Of a DNA stretch of 64,000 bases, positions 1-11,077 are shown in pieces. The notes beneath the pieces are model-generated. The model did not search any database, was not told the origin of the DNA, and was given only the letters and a program-made list of their open reading frames with translations. Numbering within the stretch: the first letter of the stretch is position 1; the number at the start of each line of letters is the position of its first letter. Where the stretch lies: contig CALVYF010000004.1 in NCBI GenBank assembly GCA_944372055.1, positions 1,810 to 65,809 of the forward strand, written 5' to 3'. The position numbers and the translations under genes were made by a program. The DNA is from an uncultured Bacilli bacterium. GTDB lineage: Bacteria > Bacillota_I > Bacilli_A > RF39 > UBA660.

Positions 1-70
1 GAAATTAGCTATTTTTGTTTGCTATTTTGTTCGGTTTCTACTATAATGAAGATAGTAGAGGGTGATAAAC

Positions 71-775
71 ATGGGACGTAGAAAAAAATCAAATGAAGAA
101 TTAGAAGAATTAACTAGAACACAAGTACTTAATTTACAAGAATTAGAGCATGCTGCTAAATATGAAAAAAAGACTAGTAAAAAACCAGCTGCAGTTTTAG
201 CTATTCTTGGTGTTTTTTCTATTTCTCTCGGACTATGTTATCCTGGACTTAATAATATGTTGAGTAGTCGGGGTGGAGAGGATAGGCCTGTAGTTTCAGA
301 ACAAAGACAAGAAGAGGCGGAAGAAGAGAGTACTTCTGTTGTTAATCCTCTTGCATTAACTTGTACTTTGTCTCAGACGAATCCAGCAGATGCTACTTTA
401 GTAACTACTACATATAATTTTCAATTTTTAGATACTGGAACTTTAAGATATTATGAAAAAGTTATGGATATTTCTGTTAGTACACCAGTTACACAGACTC
501 CAGCAAGTATTGTTACTTTGGATACTTCGCTTGCTAACTTGGTTCAAACACCAATTACTGGTTATTTATTAGAAAAAACTCCAAGAGCTAGTACTACTCC
601 AAATGTTGTTGATGGATATAATGCTAAATTAGCTGTTGATTTTACTCAGTTTAATCCTGTAACCTTAACAACACTTCATACTACAAATACGTTTGCTAAT
701 GTTGAATTCAATTCTCAAGATACAAAAGATACAATTAGTGCTAGACTTATTAGTGGAGGTTATACTTGTGAATAA
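71..775 (+). CDS. hypothetical membrane-anchored extracytoplasmic protein
   Basis: ORF 62..775. The ATG at 71 follows GAGGGTGA. The protein has a charged N-tail, one TM helix (AAVLAILGVFSISLGL) and a T/N/V-rich domain. No family recognised. Confidence 0.5.
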   Translation: MGRRKKSNEELEELTRTQVLNLQELEHAAKYEKKTSKKPAAVLAILGVFSISLGLCYPGLNNMLSSRGGEDRPVVSEQRQEEAEEESTSVVNPLALTCTLSQTNPADATLVTTTYNFQFLDTGTLRYYEKVMDISVSTPVTQTPASIVTLDTSLANLVQTPITGYLLEKTPRASTTPNVVDGYNAKLAVDFTQFNPVTLTTLHTTNTFANVEFNSQDTKDTISARLISGGYTCE

Positions 776-802
776 AAGTATCACTTTTGTGATACTTTTT
801 TT
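775..802 (+). terminator. rho-independent terminator after the 71..775 CDS
   Basis: 10-bp stem AAAGTATCAC/GTGATACTTT with a TTTT loop, followed by a T-run. Confidence 0.65.
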
Positions 803-821
803 GTTTTATAAATTATTACAC

Positions 822-844
822 AAAAAAACTGCTTGATTAAGCAG
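822..844 (-). terminator. rho-independent terminator of rpmB
   Basis: On the minus strand: stem CTGCTT/AAGCAG with a 4-nt loop containing the stop codon, followed by T7. Confidence 0.5.
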
Positions 845-1016
845 CTTTTGCATTTTTTAATAATTCTCTTTTTTCTTTAGTTGAGATTCTAACTTTTGTT
901 CCGTCCTCAAGTCTTACAACTTGTAAGTTTAATTTTTGTCTCTTTTTCGTGGCTCTTAAAGAGTGAGATCTTAAGTTTTTAACATTTCCTTTTCTATTTG
1001 ATACATTAGTTGCCAT
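837..1016 (-). CDS. rpmB: 50S ribosomal protein L28
   Basis: MATNVSNRKGNVKNLRSHSLRATKKRQKLNLQVV is a typical L28 N-terminus. The ATG at 1016 is preceded by AAGGAGGAT. The upstream part of the track ORF is ignored. Confidence 0.85.
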   Translation of the reverse strand: MATNVSNRKGNVKNLRSHSLRATKKRQKLNLQVVRLEDGTKVRISTKEKRELLKNAKAA

Positions 1017-1235
1017 TATAATCCTCCTTTGCTCTTTTTCTTTCTGCTTAATAACTTTAACATAAAAACTAATATAAGTCAAATAAATTCTCTATTTTTT
1101 GTTGTATATTATATATGTTTATGTTCTAGTATGTATTGTTATGAATTTAAATTATGATATTTAAAATATAGTTCTTTTTATTTTCGATTTTTATCTTTTA
1201 TGTTTTATGGTAGAATAATTGTGAGGAGGTTTTAT

Positions 1236-4202
1236 ATGTATATACCATTATATAATAAAAGTAATTATTCACTACTTTCTAGTATGTTAACAATTGATGA
1301 TTTAGTTTCTTTTGCAGTACATCATAAAATCTCTAGTATGGCACTTAGTGATGATTCTATGTATGGAGTGATGGAATTTATTAAGAAGTGTCAAAAAGAA
1401 AATATAAAACCTATCATTGGTCTTACTATTACTTTAGAAGATTTTGTGATTGTTTTATATTGTAAAAATTACAAGGGGTATCAAAATTTAATTAAATTAT
1501 CTACTATTCAAAATGAAAGAAAAGTAACAGTAGATGAGTTAAAGTCTTTTTCTTCGGATGTTATTGGTGTATTACCTTTTGAGAGTCGAGGTAAGTATTC
1601 TTTAGCTAAAGAAATTTATTCTGATTTGTATTTAGGATATTCTAGTAAGCTTGAGGAAAAAGAAGTTTTATTAGATACTAAAAATGTAGTATTTTTTCCT
1701 CTTTCTTTATATTTACATAAAGAGGATAGTGATTATCTTACTTATTTATATAAAATACGTGATGGGAAGACTGTTAGTGATGAAGTGGGGTACGATATTT
1801 TAAATCATGAATTAGAAATTCCTAATTTATTAGAACGTACTGATAATGTTGGTCTTTTAAATACTATGAAAATTAGTGATGCTTGTAATTTGGAATTTCC
1901 AAAACCTGAACTTTTACTTCCTATTTATGAATGTGATAATGCTAGTAGGTATTTATTTGAACTTGCGAAGGTAGGATTAAATCGTAGACTTCATGGGGAA
2001 GTTAATGATACTTATCGTAATCGTCTTAGCTATGAATTAAAGATTATAGATGAAATGGGATTTTCTAATTATTTTTTAGTGGTATATGACTTTATTAAAT
2101 ATGCTAAACAACATGATATTTTAGTTGGTCCAGGAAGAGGAAGTGCCGCTGGTTCTTTAGTTTCTTATTGTCTTGGTATTACAGAGATTGATCCATTAAA
2201 GTATGATTTGTTGTTTGAACGTTTCTTAAATCCAGAACGTAAGACTATGCCTGATATTGATACTGACTTTCCTGATGATAAAAGGGATGAAGTAATCGAG
2301 TATGTTGTTTCTAAATATGGTAAAAAAAGAGTTGCTGGTATTGTCACTTTTGGTACTATGGGAGCGAAACAAGTGATTCGTGACGTTAGTCGTGTTTTAA
2401 ATATTCCTACTTATAAAGTGGATGGTTTAAATAAATTTATTCCAGCTTTTACTAAAGATAAATTAAGTGACTTTTATAATAATAACTCTGCGTTTAAAGC
2501 TAGAATAGATAGTGATTTATTACTTACCAAAATGTTTCAAGTAGCTTTAAAATTGGAAGGGTTTCCAAGACATACTTCGTCTCATGCAGCTGGTATTGTG
2601 ATGTGTCAAAAAGATTTAGATGAAGTATTGCCCTTAACTGTTAGTGAAGGTATGTATTTAACAAGTTATTCTATGGAGTATTTAGAAGACTTGGGACTTT
2701 TAAAAATGGACTTTTTAGGTCTTAAAAATTTGACTATTATTCATAATATTTTAAAAGATATAGAAAATACTTTAGGAGAAAAAATTAATTTTAATCAAAT
2801 TCCATTAGATGATAAGGATGCACTTCATATTTTTGAAGTAGCAAACACGAGTGGAATCTTTCAGTTTGAGTCTGTTGGAATGCGTAACTTTTTACGTAAT
2901 TTACGCCCTAATCAATTTGAAGATATTTTTGCGGCAATAGCTTTATTTCGACCAGGTCCGGCTATTAATATTGATTCTTATATTCGTAGAAAACATGGAG
3001 AAGAGGAAATTACATATTTAGATTCTTGTTTAGAACCAATTTTAAAAAATACTTATGGTATTATTATTTATCAAGAACAAATTATGCAAGTTGCTAGTAG
3101 TTTTGCTGGATATAGTTTGGGTGAAGCAGATGTTTTACGTCGTGCTATGAGTAAAAAGAAAGTAGATTTATTAAAGAATGAGGAAGAAAAGTTTATTCAT
3201 AAGAGTTTAGAGCGTGGTCATAATTATGAAGTGTCTAAAAAGATATTCGATTTGATACTTAATTTTGCTGGATATGGATTTAACCGTTCTCATTCTGTTG
3301 CTTATTCATTGATTGCTTATAAAATGGCTTATTTAAAGAGTCATTATAAAACAATATTCTTTGCTAATCTTTTAACTAATGTTATTGGTAGTGAGGGGAA
3401 GACTCACGAATATATTATGGAGGCTCGTGCTAATAAATTAGAGATTTTAAAACCTTCGATTAATCTGAGTGGTACTAGATATATTGTAAAAGATGGGCGA
3501 ATAGTTTATCCAATTTCTAATATTAAGTCTATTGGTATCGTTGTTGCGAATAGTATTATGAAAGCCAGAGAAGAAGGAGAATTTGTAAGTATTTATGATG
3601 CATTTAGTCGCCTTTATATTGCTGGTGTTGGAAAGAAAAATTTAGAAACATTGATTTATGCAGATGTTTTTCATGAGTTTTCTTATAATATTGCGACTTT
3701 AATTTATAATTTGGATAGTTTATTTAATTATGCTGAACTTACAAAAGATATTGATCCATCTCTAGTTATGAAACCGGATATTGAACAGCAAAGGGAATAT
3801 GAAGATAGTTATTTATTAGATAAAGAAAAAGAAGTTTTTGGTTTTTATTTATCTAGTCATCCTACATTGATGTATAAGAAAGATAATCCATATACCGTAT
3901 CTTTAAATGAAGTGTCTAATTATTTTTCTAAGAGAATAGACTCTTTGATTTTAGTGGATAAAATAAAAGTTATTAATACTAAAAAAGGTGATAAGATGGC
4001 TTTTATTACTGGTAGTGATGAAACTGGTACTATGGATTTCACTTTATTTCCTAAAGTATATCGATTATATGAAGGTATAGAAAAAGGCGATTTGTTGAAA
4101 GTTCGTGGTACAGTTGAAAAAAGACTGGATCAATATCAAGTGATTGTACAAAGAATTAAATATTTGAAAGACAAGGAGGATAACGATGATAAAGAAGATT
4201 AA
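1236..4202 (+). CDS. dnaE: DNA polymerase III alpha subunit (DnaE type)
   Basis: N-terminal PHP domain, PDIDTDF catalytic aspartates, FRPGP and GYGFNRSHS motifs, and a C-terminal OB fold. The ATG at 1236 follows GTGAGGAGG. Confidence 0.93.
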   Translation: MYIPLYNKSNYSLLSSMLTIDDLVSFAVHHKISSMALSDDSMYGVMEFIKKCQKENIKPIIGLTITLEDFVIVLYCKNYKGYQNLIKLSTIQNERKVTVDELKSFSSDVIGVLPFESRGKYSLAKEIYSDLYLGYSSKLEEKEVLLDTKNVVFFPLSLYLHKEDSDYLTYLYKIRDGKTVSDEVGYDILNHELEIPNLLERTDNVGLLNTMKISDACNLEFPKPELLLPIYECDNASRYLFELAKVGLNRRLHGEVNDTYRNRLSYELKIIDEMGFSNYFLVVYDFIKYAKQHDILVGPGRGSAAGSLVSYCLGITEIDPLKYDLLFERFLNPERKTMPDIDTDFPDDKRDEVIEYVVSKYGKKRVAGIVTFGTMGAKQVIRDVSRVLNIPTYKVDGLNKFIPAFTKDKLSDFYNNNSAFKARIDSDLLLTKMFQVALKLEGFPRHTSSHAAGIVMCQKDLDEVLPLTVSEGMYLTSYSMEYLEDLGLLKMDFLGLKNLTIIHNILKDIENTLGEKINFNQIPLDDKDALHIFEVANTSGIFQFESVGMRNFLRNLRPNQFEDIFAAIALFRPGPAINIDSYIRRKHGEEEITYLDSCLEPILKNTYGIIIYQEQIMQVASSFAGYSLGEADVLRRAMSKKKVDLLKNEEEKFIHKSLERGHNYEVSKKIFDLILNFAGYGFNRSHSVAYSLIAYKMAYLKSHYKTIFFANLLTNVIGSEGKTHEYIMEARANKLEILKPSINLSGTRYIVKDGRIVYPISNIKSIGIVVANSIMKAREEGEFVSIYDAFSRLYIAGVGKKNLETLIYADVFHEFSYNIATLIYNLDSLFNYAELTKDIDPSLVMKPDIEQQREYEDSYLLDKEKEVFGFYLSSHPTLMYKKDNPYTVSLNEVSNYFSKRIDSLILVDKIKVINTKKGDKMAFITGSDETGTMDFTLFPKVYRLYEGIEKGDLLKVRGTVEKRLDQYQVIVQRIKYLKDKEDNDDKED

Positions 4203-4719
4203 AAAGACAGGTCGGTTATTAAAAAATAGAGAGGCAGTTTATAGTGTTGCTTGTGTTTTGTTAATGATTGATCAATTAGTTAAACTACTTGTACGTTCTA
4301 AGATTCCTTTAATGGATGAAATTACTGTTATTCCTAACTTTTTTTCTTTGTATCATATTGAAAATACAGGCGCTGCATTTAGTCTTTTTAGTGGAGCAAC
4401 TATTATTCTTATCGTACTTAGTGTATTGGTTTTAGCATTTCTACATTTTTATGTACTTTCAGATGAAGTTATGACTCAGTGGAAAAAGGTTGGACTTGGT
4501 ATTGTTATTGGAGGGATTATAGGTAATTTAATTGATCGTATTTTATATGGTGCGGTTGTTGATTATTTAGCATTTTCTTTCTTTGGTTATAGTTTTCCAG
4601 TGTTTAATATTGCAGATATTGGAATTACAGTAGGTTTTTTAATTTTAGTAATTGATATTTTTAGGAGTGATGTTAATGAATTTCGAGATAGAAGCAACAG
4701 AAAATGGAAAAAGAATTGA
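4186..4719 (+). CDS. lspA: lipoprotein signal peptidase (signal peptidase II)
   Basis: Four TM helices. Motifs NTGAAFS, GNLIDR, VVDYL and FNIADI. Confidence 0.88.
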   Translation: MIKKIKKTGRLLKNREAVYSVACVLLMIDQLVKLLVRSKIPLMDEITVIPNFFSLYHIENTGAAFSLFSGATIILIVLSVLVLAFLHFYVLSDEVMTQWKKVGLGIVIGGIIGNLIDRILYGAVVDYLAFSFFGYSFPVFNIADIGITVGFLILVIDIFRSDVNEFRDRSNRKWKKN

Positions 4720-5569
4720 TTCTTATTTAGCAGAGGAATTGGATTTATCTAGAAGTAAAGTGCAAAAGCTTATTAAGCAAGAACTTGTTACTGTTAATGG
4801 TAAAGTTGTTAGTAATAACTATAATGTTAAATTAGGAGATACTATTATAGTTAATGATGATTTAAATTATGATATTTCTATAGAAGCAGAGGATATACCT
4901 CTTGATATTGTTTATGAAGATGATGATTTGCTTGTTATTAATAAGGCTAGTGGAATGGTTGTTCATCCTGCTCCTGGTCATTATACAGGTACTTTAGTTA
5001 ATGCACTTTTATATCGTTTTCATCTTTCTACTGGAGAAGTTAATCGTCCTGGGATTGTGCATCGTTTAGATAAAGATACTAGTGGATTAATGTTAGTTGC
5101 TAAAAACGATAAAACGCATGAAGCTTTGTCTAAAATGATTGCTAATAAAGAAGTAGAACGTCATTATTTAGCGATTGTTGATGGAGTTATTAAACATGAT
5201 ACTGGAACAATTGATGCTCCAATTGGAAGAGACCCTAATAATCGTCAGAAGATGGCAGTAACTGATGTACATGGAAAAGAGTCTATTACTCATTTTAAAG
5301 TTTTGGAAACTTTTTCTAATCATACTTTAGTAGAGTGTATTTTGGAGACTGGTAGAACTCATCAAATTCGTGTTCATATGGCATATATTGGCTATCCTGT
5401 TTCTAATGATCCAATGTATGGTAGAGGTAAGTCTACGGAGTTTGGTCAGATGTTACATTCTAAGAGTATTAAGTTTAAACATCCTTCTACAGGTAAAGAA
5501 TTATTCTTTGAAGTTAATCCTCCAAAGGAATTCTTAGAGAAGTTAGATGTATTGTGCAAGAATGAATAA
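4676..5569 (+). CDS. rluD: RluA/RluD-family 23S rRNA pseudouridine synthase
   Basis: N-terminal S4 domain, HRLDKDTSGL catalytic Asp motif and GRTHQIRVH. The ATG at 4676 lies 8 nt after AGGAG. Confidence 0.88.
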   Translation: MNFEIEATENGKRIDSYLAEELDLSRSKVQKLIKQELVTVNGKVVSNNYNVKLGDTIIVNDDLNYDISIEAEDIPLDIVYEDDDLLVINKASGMVVHPAPGHYTGTLVNALLYRFHLSTGEVNRPGIVHRLDKDTSGLMLVAKNDKTHEALSKMIANKEVERHYLAIVDGVIKHDTGTIDAPIGRDPNNRQKMAVTDVHGKESITHFKVLETFSNHTLVECILETGRTHQIRVHMAYIGYPVSNDPMYGRGKSTEFGQMLHSKSIKFKHPSTGKELFFEVNPPKEFLEKLDVLCKNE

Positions 5570-5790
5570 CTTATTCTTCACAAGATATAGTCTTTGTTTG
5601 ACAGATAATAATATATTTTTAAGATGAATTTATTATTAAAGACTTGTCTTTTTTATTTACTTTGTGTAAACTAGTAGGTGTCGAGAGGTGAGTTCTTATG
5701 GTGAGAACTTATTGTATTATAAAATTATATATTTATTTATAAAGCAGTACGTTAAAAGACTTATTGTCTTGTTTATGTATTGTTTTTTTC

Positions 5791-5819
5791 TTGATATTTA
5801 AAAAAAAATGTGTTATAAT
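5791..5819 (+). promoter_or_regulatory. sigma-A type promoter for the 5845.. gene set
   Basis: TTGATA, a 17-nt spacer, then TGtTATAAT (extended -10). Confidence 0.5.
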
Positions 5820-5844
5820 ATGCAACAAATTGAGGGGGATAATT

Positions 5845-6480
5845 ATGGATAATAGTATGTTAAGTAATATTATTGTATTAGCAGAAGATAAGAAACTAAA
5901 CGGCGATAAACTAGAACGAATAACTGCTAAGTGTTCTGATTTGATAGTTAAAGCTAATGATGATTCTTATACTATTGTAGGTAATATAAAAAATAGTGTT
6001 ATAATGTCTATTGCTTTTGTAACGGCGTTAAGAGGAATTTATCATGAATTTCAAGATATTAAACGAAGAGAAAAAATTGCTTCTAAGGTATTTAATATTG
6101 ATTCAAGCTTAGTTACAGGGGATTTTACAACGTTTATTAGTTCTGCAACTAAATTTCCTTATTTTGTTAATCGTTTTCAATATGATGCATCTGTTTCTTT
6201 AAAACGTATGCAGGCTTTAGAATTTGTTTGGGGAGATGCAGATTTACGAAAATTGCATGATTTTAGTTATGCTAGGTCTTTAAAAGTGGTCATGGGAAAT
6301 TTTTATGCTTCTACAGCAAATAATCCTGAAGGATTAAAACAATTACAGGTTGTTACTGGTGATATGCATATGGAGCAATTTGATAATCTCGATTTTTTGA
6401 ATCCATCTTTATATGTTGGGGGTAATATTTTTACAAAGAATGGGGTTTATGAAATACAATCTTGTAAAAAAAAGGTATAG
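5845..6480 (+). CDS. hypothetical cytoplasmic protein
   Basis: The ATG at 5845 follows GAGGGGGA. No TM segment or signal peptide. No recognisable motif. Confidence 0.5.
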   Translation: MDNSMLSNIIVLAEDKKLNGDKLERITAKCSDLIVKANDDSYTIVGNIKNSVIMSIAFVTALRGIYHEFQDIKRREKIASKVFNIDSSLVTGDFTTFISSATKFPYFVNRFQYDASVSLKRMQALEFVWGDADLRKLHDFSYARSLKVVMGNFYASTANNPEGLKQLQVVTGDMHMEQFDNLDFLNPSLYVGGNIFTKNGVYEIQSCKKKV

Positions 6481-6518
6481 CTAAGTAGGATATTGAATCT
6501 TAAGGGGTGTTACAAATT

Positions 6519-7202
6519 ATGGCTGATAAAAAAATTGAAATTGTTGCTAGTTATACTGATACTGTTCCTGGTAAACTTATAAAGTTGAGAGCTGCTATGA
6601 AATTTTGGAATAGATATTCAGGGGATACATATTCACATATTTCTTTGTCTAGAGATCGTAAATTAGGTAATATGATGTCTTTTGCTAGAAAAGAAATTAA
6701 TAATCCTTTTAACTCGGGTTTAATTAAAGAGGATATTAGAACAGGTATGTTTGCTTTAAAACCAAATGTTAGTCGAATTGCTGTTATGGAGTTGAACGTT
6801 TCTGAACAACAATATAATAAATTATCTTCTTTAATGAATTATTATTGGGAAAATAGGGATAAGTATAATTTTAATTATGTTGGACTAACTAGTATGTTAA
6901 TTTATGGTAAGGGAATTGATTTTCCTAATAGTTTTTTTTGTTCACAATGGGTCGCTACTGTATTACAAGAGAGTAATATTGATATTTTTGATGGTAAAAA
7001 GCCTAAAGATATTAGACCTTTTGATTTTTACGGGGCTTTAAAGGAGTCTATTATTTATGAAGGATTAACAACTCAATATCCTGAGTATAATCAAGAAAGT
7101 AGTTACAATGATTTTCCTACATCTGATATTTTGACTAAACAAAAAATTAAGGATATGAATTCTTCGACAATTATTAGTGGAAATGCAAAACTTTGGAGGT
7201 GA
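6519..7202 (+). CDS. possible permuted papain-fold (YiiX/NlpC-P60-like) cysteine hydrolase
   Basis: YSHISLS (His) lies upstream of FFCSQWVATVL (Cys). This His-before-Cys order is seen in circularly permuted NlpC/P60 proteins. The call is weak and motif-level only. Confidence 0.35.
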   Translation: MADKKIEIVASYTDTVPGKLIKLRAAMKFWNRYSGDTYSHISLSRDRKLGNMMSFARKEINNPFNSGLIKEDIRTGMFALKPNVSRIAVMELNVSEQQYNKLSSLMNYYWENRDKYNFNYVGLTSMLIYGKGIDFPNSFFCSQWVATVLQESNIDIFDGKKPKDIRPFDFYGALKESIIYEGLTTQYPEYNQESSYNDFPTSDILTKQKIKDMNSSTIISGNAKLWR

Positions 7203-7206
7203 TATT

Positions 7207-8196
7207 ATGCCAGGGCCAAAGACGCATGATATATTTTATAAGAATTTAAAGGAAAAATTAAATTCTAAGACGTTAGATGCTTTTCCTAATTATGATAAAT
7301 ATAATATATTTGTACAGGGACATGATTTTCTTATTTATCATGATTTTTATAAGAAGGCAAATAGCAAAGCACTTGATGAAGGTGTGGATATGTCAGTTCA
7401 ATTGCAAGAACATAAATTTCAGGAATTTGTTTATAATTATTTAAAAACGGCTGAGAAAATTGGATGTATAGAACAAGAGGATGTTCGATTGTTTATTGGA
7501 CCAGGGTATGTAATGCATCATCTACTTGATGCTTATACTCATCCACAAATTATTTATTATTCAGGTGATCATACAAGAAATCCAGAAACAAAAATATGGA
7601 ATCATGGAGAAATTGAAAATTTGATTGACATTTATATGATGGAACTCTTTGAAGATGTGGATGCTAAAACATACAAAGTGTATCAAGATTTTAAAATTGA
7701 TAAATCTTTAATTAGTAATGAAGTGATTTCTACTATCGATACCAGTTTAGCAGATACTTACGGTTTTCAAGATGGTGGAAAAATATTTGAAAAAGCTTTT
7801 TACCAACTTGCTTTATATATGCGAATGATGAAATATGATAAGTTAGGCTTAAAAACGGTTTTTTTTGATAAAATTCTTGGGCCTTTTGTAAAGTGTTCTA
7901 AGGCGTTTTCTTATCATAGAGATTTTGATGGAGTAATTCCATATTTAAATTTAGAACATGGAAAATGGTTAAATCCTACTGATGGTAGGATGTCTAATGA
8001 GTCGTTTTTAGATTTGTATGAAAAGGCCTTAAATGATGGTGCTTATATTGTTGATGAATTAGAAAAAATATGTCAAAGTAGTTCTATTCATAGAGATGAT
8101 GTTTATTCAATTATTCCTAATATAAGTTCTGTACATGGATTAGAATGTGAAAAGCCATTTCAATTAAAATACACTAAAGAGACAAGTAGTAAATAA
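7207..8196 (+). CDS. zinc-dependent phospholipase C family-like protein
   Basis: N-terminus [10 protein letters not shown], with [10 protein letters not shown] and [10 protein letters not shown] His/Asp clusters typical of that family. The ATG follows GGAGGTGA. Confidence 0.5.
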   Translation: MPGPKTHDIFYKNLKEKLNSKTLDAFPNYDKYNIFVQGHDFLIYHDFYKKANSKALDEGVDMSVQLQEHKFQEFVYNYLKTAEKIGCIEQEDVRLFIGPGYVMHHLLDAYTHPQIIYYSGDHTRNPETKIWNHGEIENLIDIYMMELFEDVDAKTYKVYQDFKIDKSLISNEVISTIDTSLADTYGFQDGGKIFEKAFYQLALYMRMMKYDKLGLKTVFFDKILGPFVKCSKAFSYHRDFDGVIPYLNLEHGKWLNPTDGRMSNESFLDLYEKALNDGAYIVDELEKICQSSSIHRDDVYSIIPNISSVHGLECEKPFQLKYTKETSSK

Positions 8197-8255
8197 TTAT
8201 TATTTGTTTTTCTTTTTTTTTGTATTATAATTGTATTAAGGTAGGAGTTGTTTTT

Positions 8256-10562
8256 ATGGCGAGTATTACTAGTTTATTTTTTCAAATTGCAAGTATTTTT
8301 TATATTATATTAATTGGTGTTGCTTATTTTTGTAAAGAGAAAGTAGATACTCTGGAAAATAGAATTTATAGTTCTTTAATAATAATTATTTTTATTACAT
8401 TAATTTTAGACTGTCTTAGTGTTTCCTTAGGATTAATTTACCCTGACTTTTATCTTACAAATTTATTTGGAAAGCTATATTTAATATCTATTCTTGCTTG
8501 GGTATTTGTATTTACGTATTATATATTTGTTATTTCTTTTCATAAAGATGAGAATAATATTATTATAGATAAAAGTTCCAAGACTTATCTATATTTTAGG
8601 AAACAATTTTATTTATTTTTGTTATTATTTGTAATTGCTGGATGTTTTGTTTTTATAGCACCTTTAAATGTTTATGGTGATGGTAAGATTATGTATACTT
8701 ATGGCCCTTCTGCTATTTTAAGTTATTCTTTTGCTGCGATTTGTATTATATCTTGGGTAATTTTCATTGCTTTAAATGTAAAGAGAGTAGTCTTTAAAAA
8801 ATATATTCCAGTATTTGCTTTTGTAGTAGTAGCTGGTATTGCTTCTGCTATTCAATCAGCCTTTCCACAGTATTTATTAGTTACCGCAGCTGCAACATTT
8901 ATTACTATATTAACCTATTTTACTATAGAAAATCCAGATATAAAAATAATTGCACAGTTAGAACTTGCTAAGGAACAGGCTGATAAAGCTAATCAGGCTA
9001 AGACTGATTTCTTATCTAGTATGTCTCATGAGATTCGTACTCCATTAAATGCTATTGTTGGTTTTAGTGATTGTGTACGTCATGCTAAGACATTGGATGA
9101 GGCTAAAGATAATGCAAAAGATATTGTTAATGCGTCTAATACTTTATTAGAGATTGTTAATGGTATTTTAGATATATCTAAGATTGAAGCTGGTAAATTA
9201 GAAATTACTAATTCTCCATATGATGCACCTGAATTGTTTTCTAGTCTTGCTAAGTTAATTAAACCTAGGATGGATGAGAAGGGACTTGATTTTCAAGTTT
9301 ATATTGCTCCTGATTTACCTAAGGTTTTATATGGTGACCATACTAATGTTAAGAAAGTTGTTACTAATATTTTGAGTAATGCTAGTAAATATACGGAACA
9401 TGGTTTTGTGCGTTATGAAGTTAATTGTGTAAATAATGCTAATCGTTGTCGTTTGATTGTTTCTGTTGAAGATTCTGGTCGCGGTATTAAGAAAGAAAAT
9501 ATTGATAAATTATTTACTAAGTTTCAGCGACTTGATGAAGACCGTAATACTACAATTGAAGGTACTGGATTAGGCCTTGCGATTACTAAACAGTTGGTTG
9601 AACTTATGGGTGGTAAAGTTGTTGTTCATACCGTTTATGGAGAAGGATCTAAATTTACTATTATTTTAGATCAGCCTATTGAAAAGGAAAGTAGTCTACA
9701 AAAGAACACAGGACCTAATTTGACACATTTAGACTTATCTGGTTATCGTATTTTGGTAGTTGATGACAATACTTTGAATTTAAAAGTAGCGAGTCAGTTA
9801 TTAAAAAGATATCATGCAGAAGTGGAATGCGTAGATAGTGGTTATCACTGTTTAGAAAAGATTATGTCTGGTGAGAAATATGATATTATTTTATTAGATG
9901 ATATGATGCCTAAAATGAGTGGTGTTGAGACTTTAAAAAAATTAAAAGATGTACCAGGTTTTTCTATCCCTGTTGTTGCACTTACTGCTAATGCGATTAC
10001 TGGTATGAGAGAGAAGTATATAGGTGATGGTTTTGATGATTATTTAGCTAAGCCTATTGAAAAAGATGAAATGATTCGTGTTTTTGCGACACTTCTTCAC
10101 TTAAAAGATTCTCAGACTGGGGAGTTATTTCATACTACTGAACTTTTAGATGTTTCTGAAAGTGTTAATACTAGTGATGCTTCATCTAGTGAACAAGTAT
10201 ATAATGAGGATTATTTAAGAAGTCATGGTGTGGATATTGATCATGCTCTAGATCTTTTGGGTGATATGGAGATGTATCATATGACTCTTCATGATTATTT
10301 AGAGGAAATTGATGAGAAACTTGCTAATTTGAAAAAATATTTGGAAGAGAAAGATATGGAAAATTATGCAATTTTAGTTCATTCAATGAAAAGTGATGCT
10401 AAATACTTAGGATTTATGAGTTTTGCAGACATTGCTTATCAGCATGAATTAAAGAGTAAAGAAAAGGACTTTACTTATTGTAAAGACCATTTTGAAGAAT
10501 TAGAAAATGAATTGCATAAATTTTTAGATATAGCTAGAGAATATAATAATCATGTTAAGTAA
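8256..10562 (+). CDS. hybrid sensor histidine kinase (polytopic sensor, HisKA, HATPase, REC, HPt)
   Basis: About 7 N-terminal TM helices. H-box [11 protein letters not shown] boxes ([20 protein letters not shown]), receiver ([24 protein letters not shown]) and a C-terminal HPt ([11 protein letters not shown]). Confidence 0.88.
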   Translation: MASITSLFFQIASIFYIILIGVAYFCKEKVDTLENRIYSSLIIIIFITLILDCLSVSLGLIYPDFYLTNLFGKLYLISILAWVFVFTYYIFVISFHKDENNIIIDKSSKTYLYFRKQFYLFLLLFVIAGCFVFIAPLNVYGDGKIMYTYGPSAILSYSFAAICIISWVIFIALNVKRVVFKKYIPVFAFVVVAGIASAIQSAFPQYLLVTAAATFITILTYFTIENPDIKIIAQLELAKEQADKANQAKTDFLSSMSHEIRTPLNAIVGFSDCVRHAKTLDEAKDNAKDIVNASNTLLEIVNGILDISKIEAGKLEITNSPYDAPELFSSLAKLIKPRMDEKGLDFQVYIAPDLPKVLYGDHTNVKKVVTNILSNASKYTEHGFVRYEVNCVNNANRCRLIVSVEDSGRGIKKENIDKLFTKFQRLDEDRNTTIEGTGLGLAITKQLVELMGGKVVVHTVYGEGSKFTIILDQPIEKESSLQKNTGPNLTHLDLSGYRILVVDDNTLNLKVASQLLKRYHAEVECVDSGYHCLEKIMSGEKYDIILLDDMMPKMSGVETLKKLKDVPGFSIPVVALTANAITGMREKYIGDGFDDYLAKPIEKDEMIRVFATLLHLKDSQTGELFHTTELLDVSESVNTSDASSSEQVYNEDYLRSHGVDIDHALDLLGDMEMYHMTLHDYLEEIDEKLANLKKYLEEKDMENYAILVHSMKSDAKYLGFMSFADIAYQHELKSKEKDFTYCKDHFEELENELHKFLDIAREYNNHVK

Positions 10563-11013
10563 TATTTAAAAAGTAAATGGATAGAGAAAGAATACTAGCA
10601 TATAGAGTGAAAATTATATAGGGTATTAGCCATTTAGCAGAACTTTCCTTTAAATCTTTCGTTTCTTTATATAAAAATAAAGAAGTAATCAATGTTATGA
10701 TACAGGAAATAAAACCTAAAAAATTATTTTTAAAATAAAAGAATAATGGTTGAAAACTTTGATTTGCTATATAATTTAGTAGTAGGGTATACTTATATGA
10801 ATTCGGTATATCCTTTTTATTATGATTATTTATGATTTGATATATACTAATTGCAATACAGATATATAAGATACTCCATATTATTCCAAATGCAACTCCA
10901 GGAGGAGCAAACCAAGGTAGATTTAGACTACTATAATAATTTTTGTCTATAGGAACTAGAGAAGATAAAAACCATGGTAGTAAAATTATGATAAACTTTA
11001 CAAATCTCTTCAT
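10555..11013 (-). CDS. TspO/MBR family tryptophan-rich sensory protein
   Basis: Five TM helices. [21 protein letters not shown] is a signature-like N-terminal region. Confidence 0.8.
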   Translation of the reverse strand: MKRFVKFIIILLPWFLSSLVPIDKNYYSSLNLPWFAPPGVAFGIIWSILYICIAISIYQIINNHNKKDIPNSYKYTLLLNYIANQSFQPLFFYFKNNFLGFISCIITLITSLFLYKETKDLKESSAKWLIPYIIFTLYASILSLSIYFLNIT

Positions 11014-11077
11014 AAAACACCTCTTTCTTTATTTTATGTTTTAGTATATAATATTATTAGTATTTTGGAGGGATTAG

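Noticed and set aside
5570-5790. Possible riboswitch or sRNA in the 275-nt spacer after rluD, which has short hairpins AAGAC..GTCTT (two copies) and AGTTCT..AGAACT.
   Set aside because: The stems are short with very small loops. I recognise no conserved riboswitch core, and AT-rich spacers produce such pairings by chance. Only the promoter at 5791-5819 is reported.
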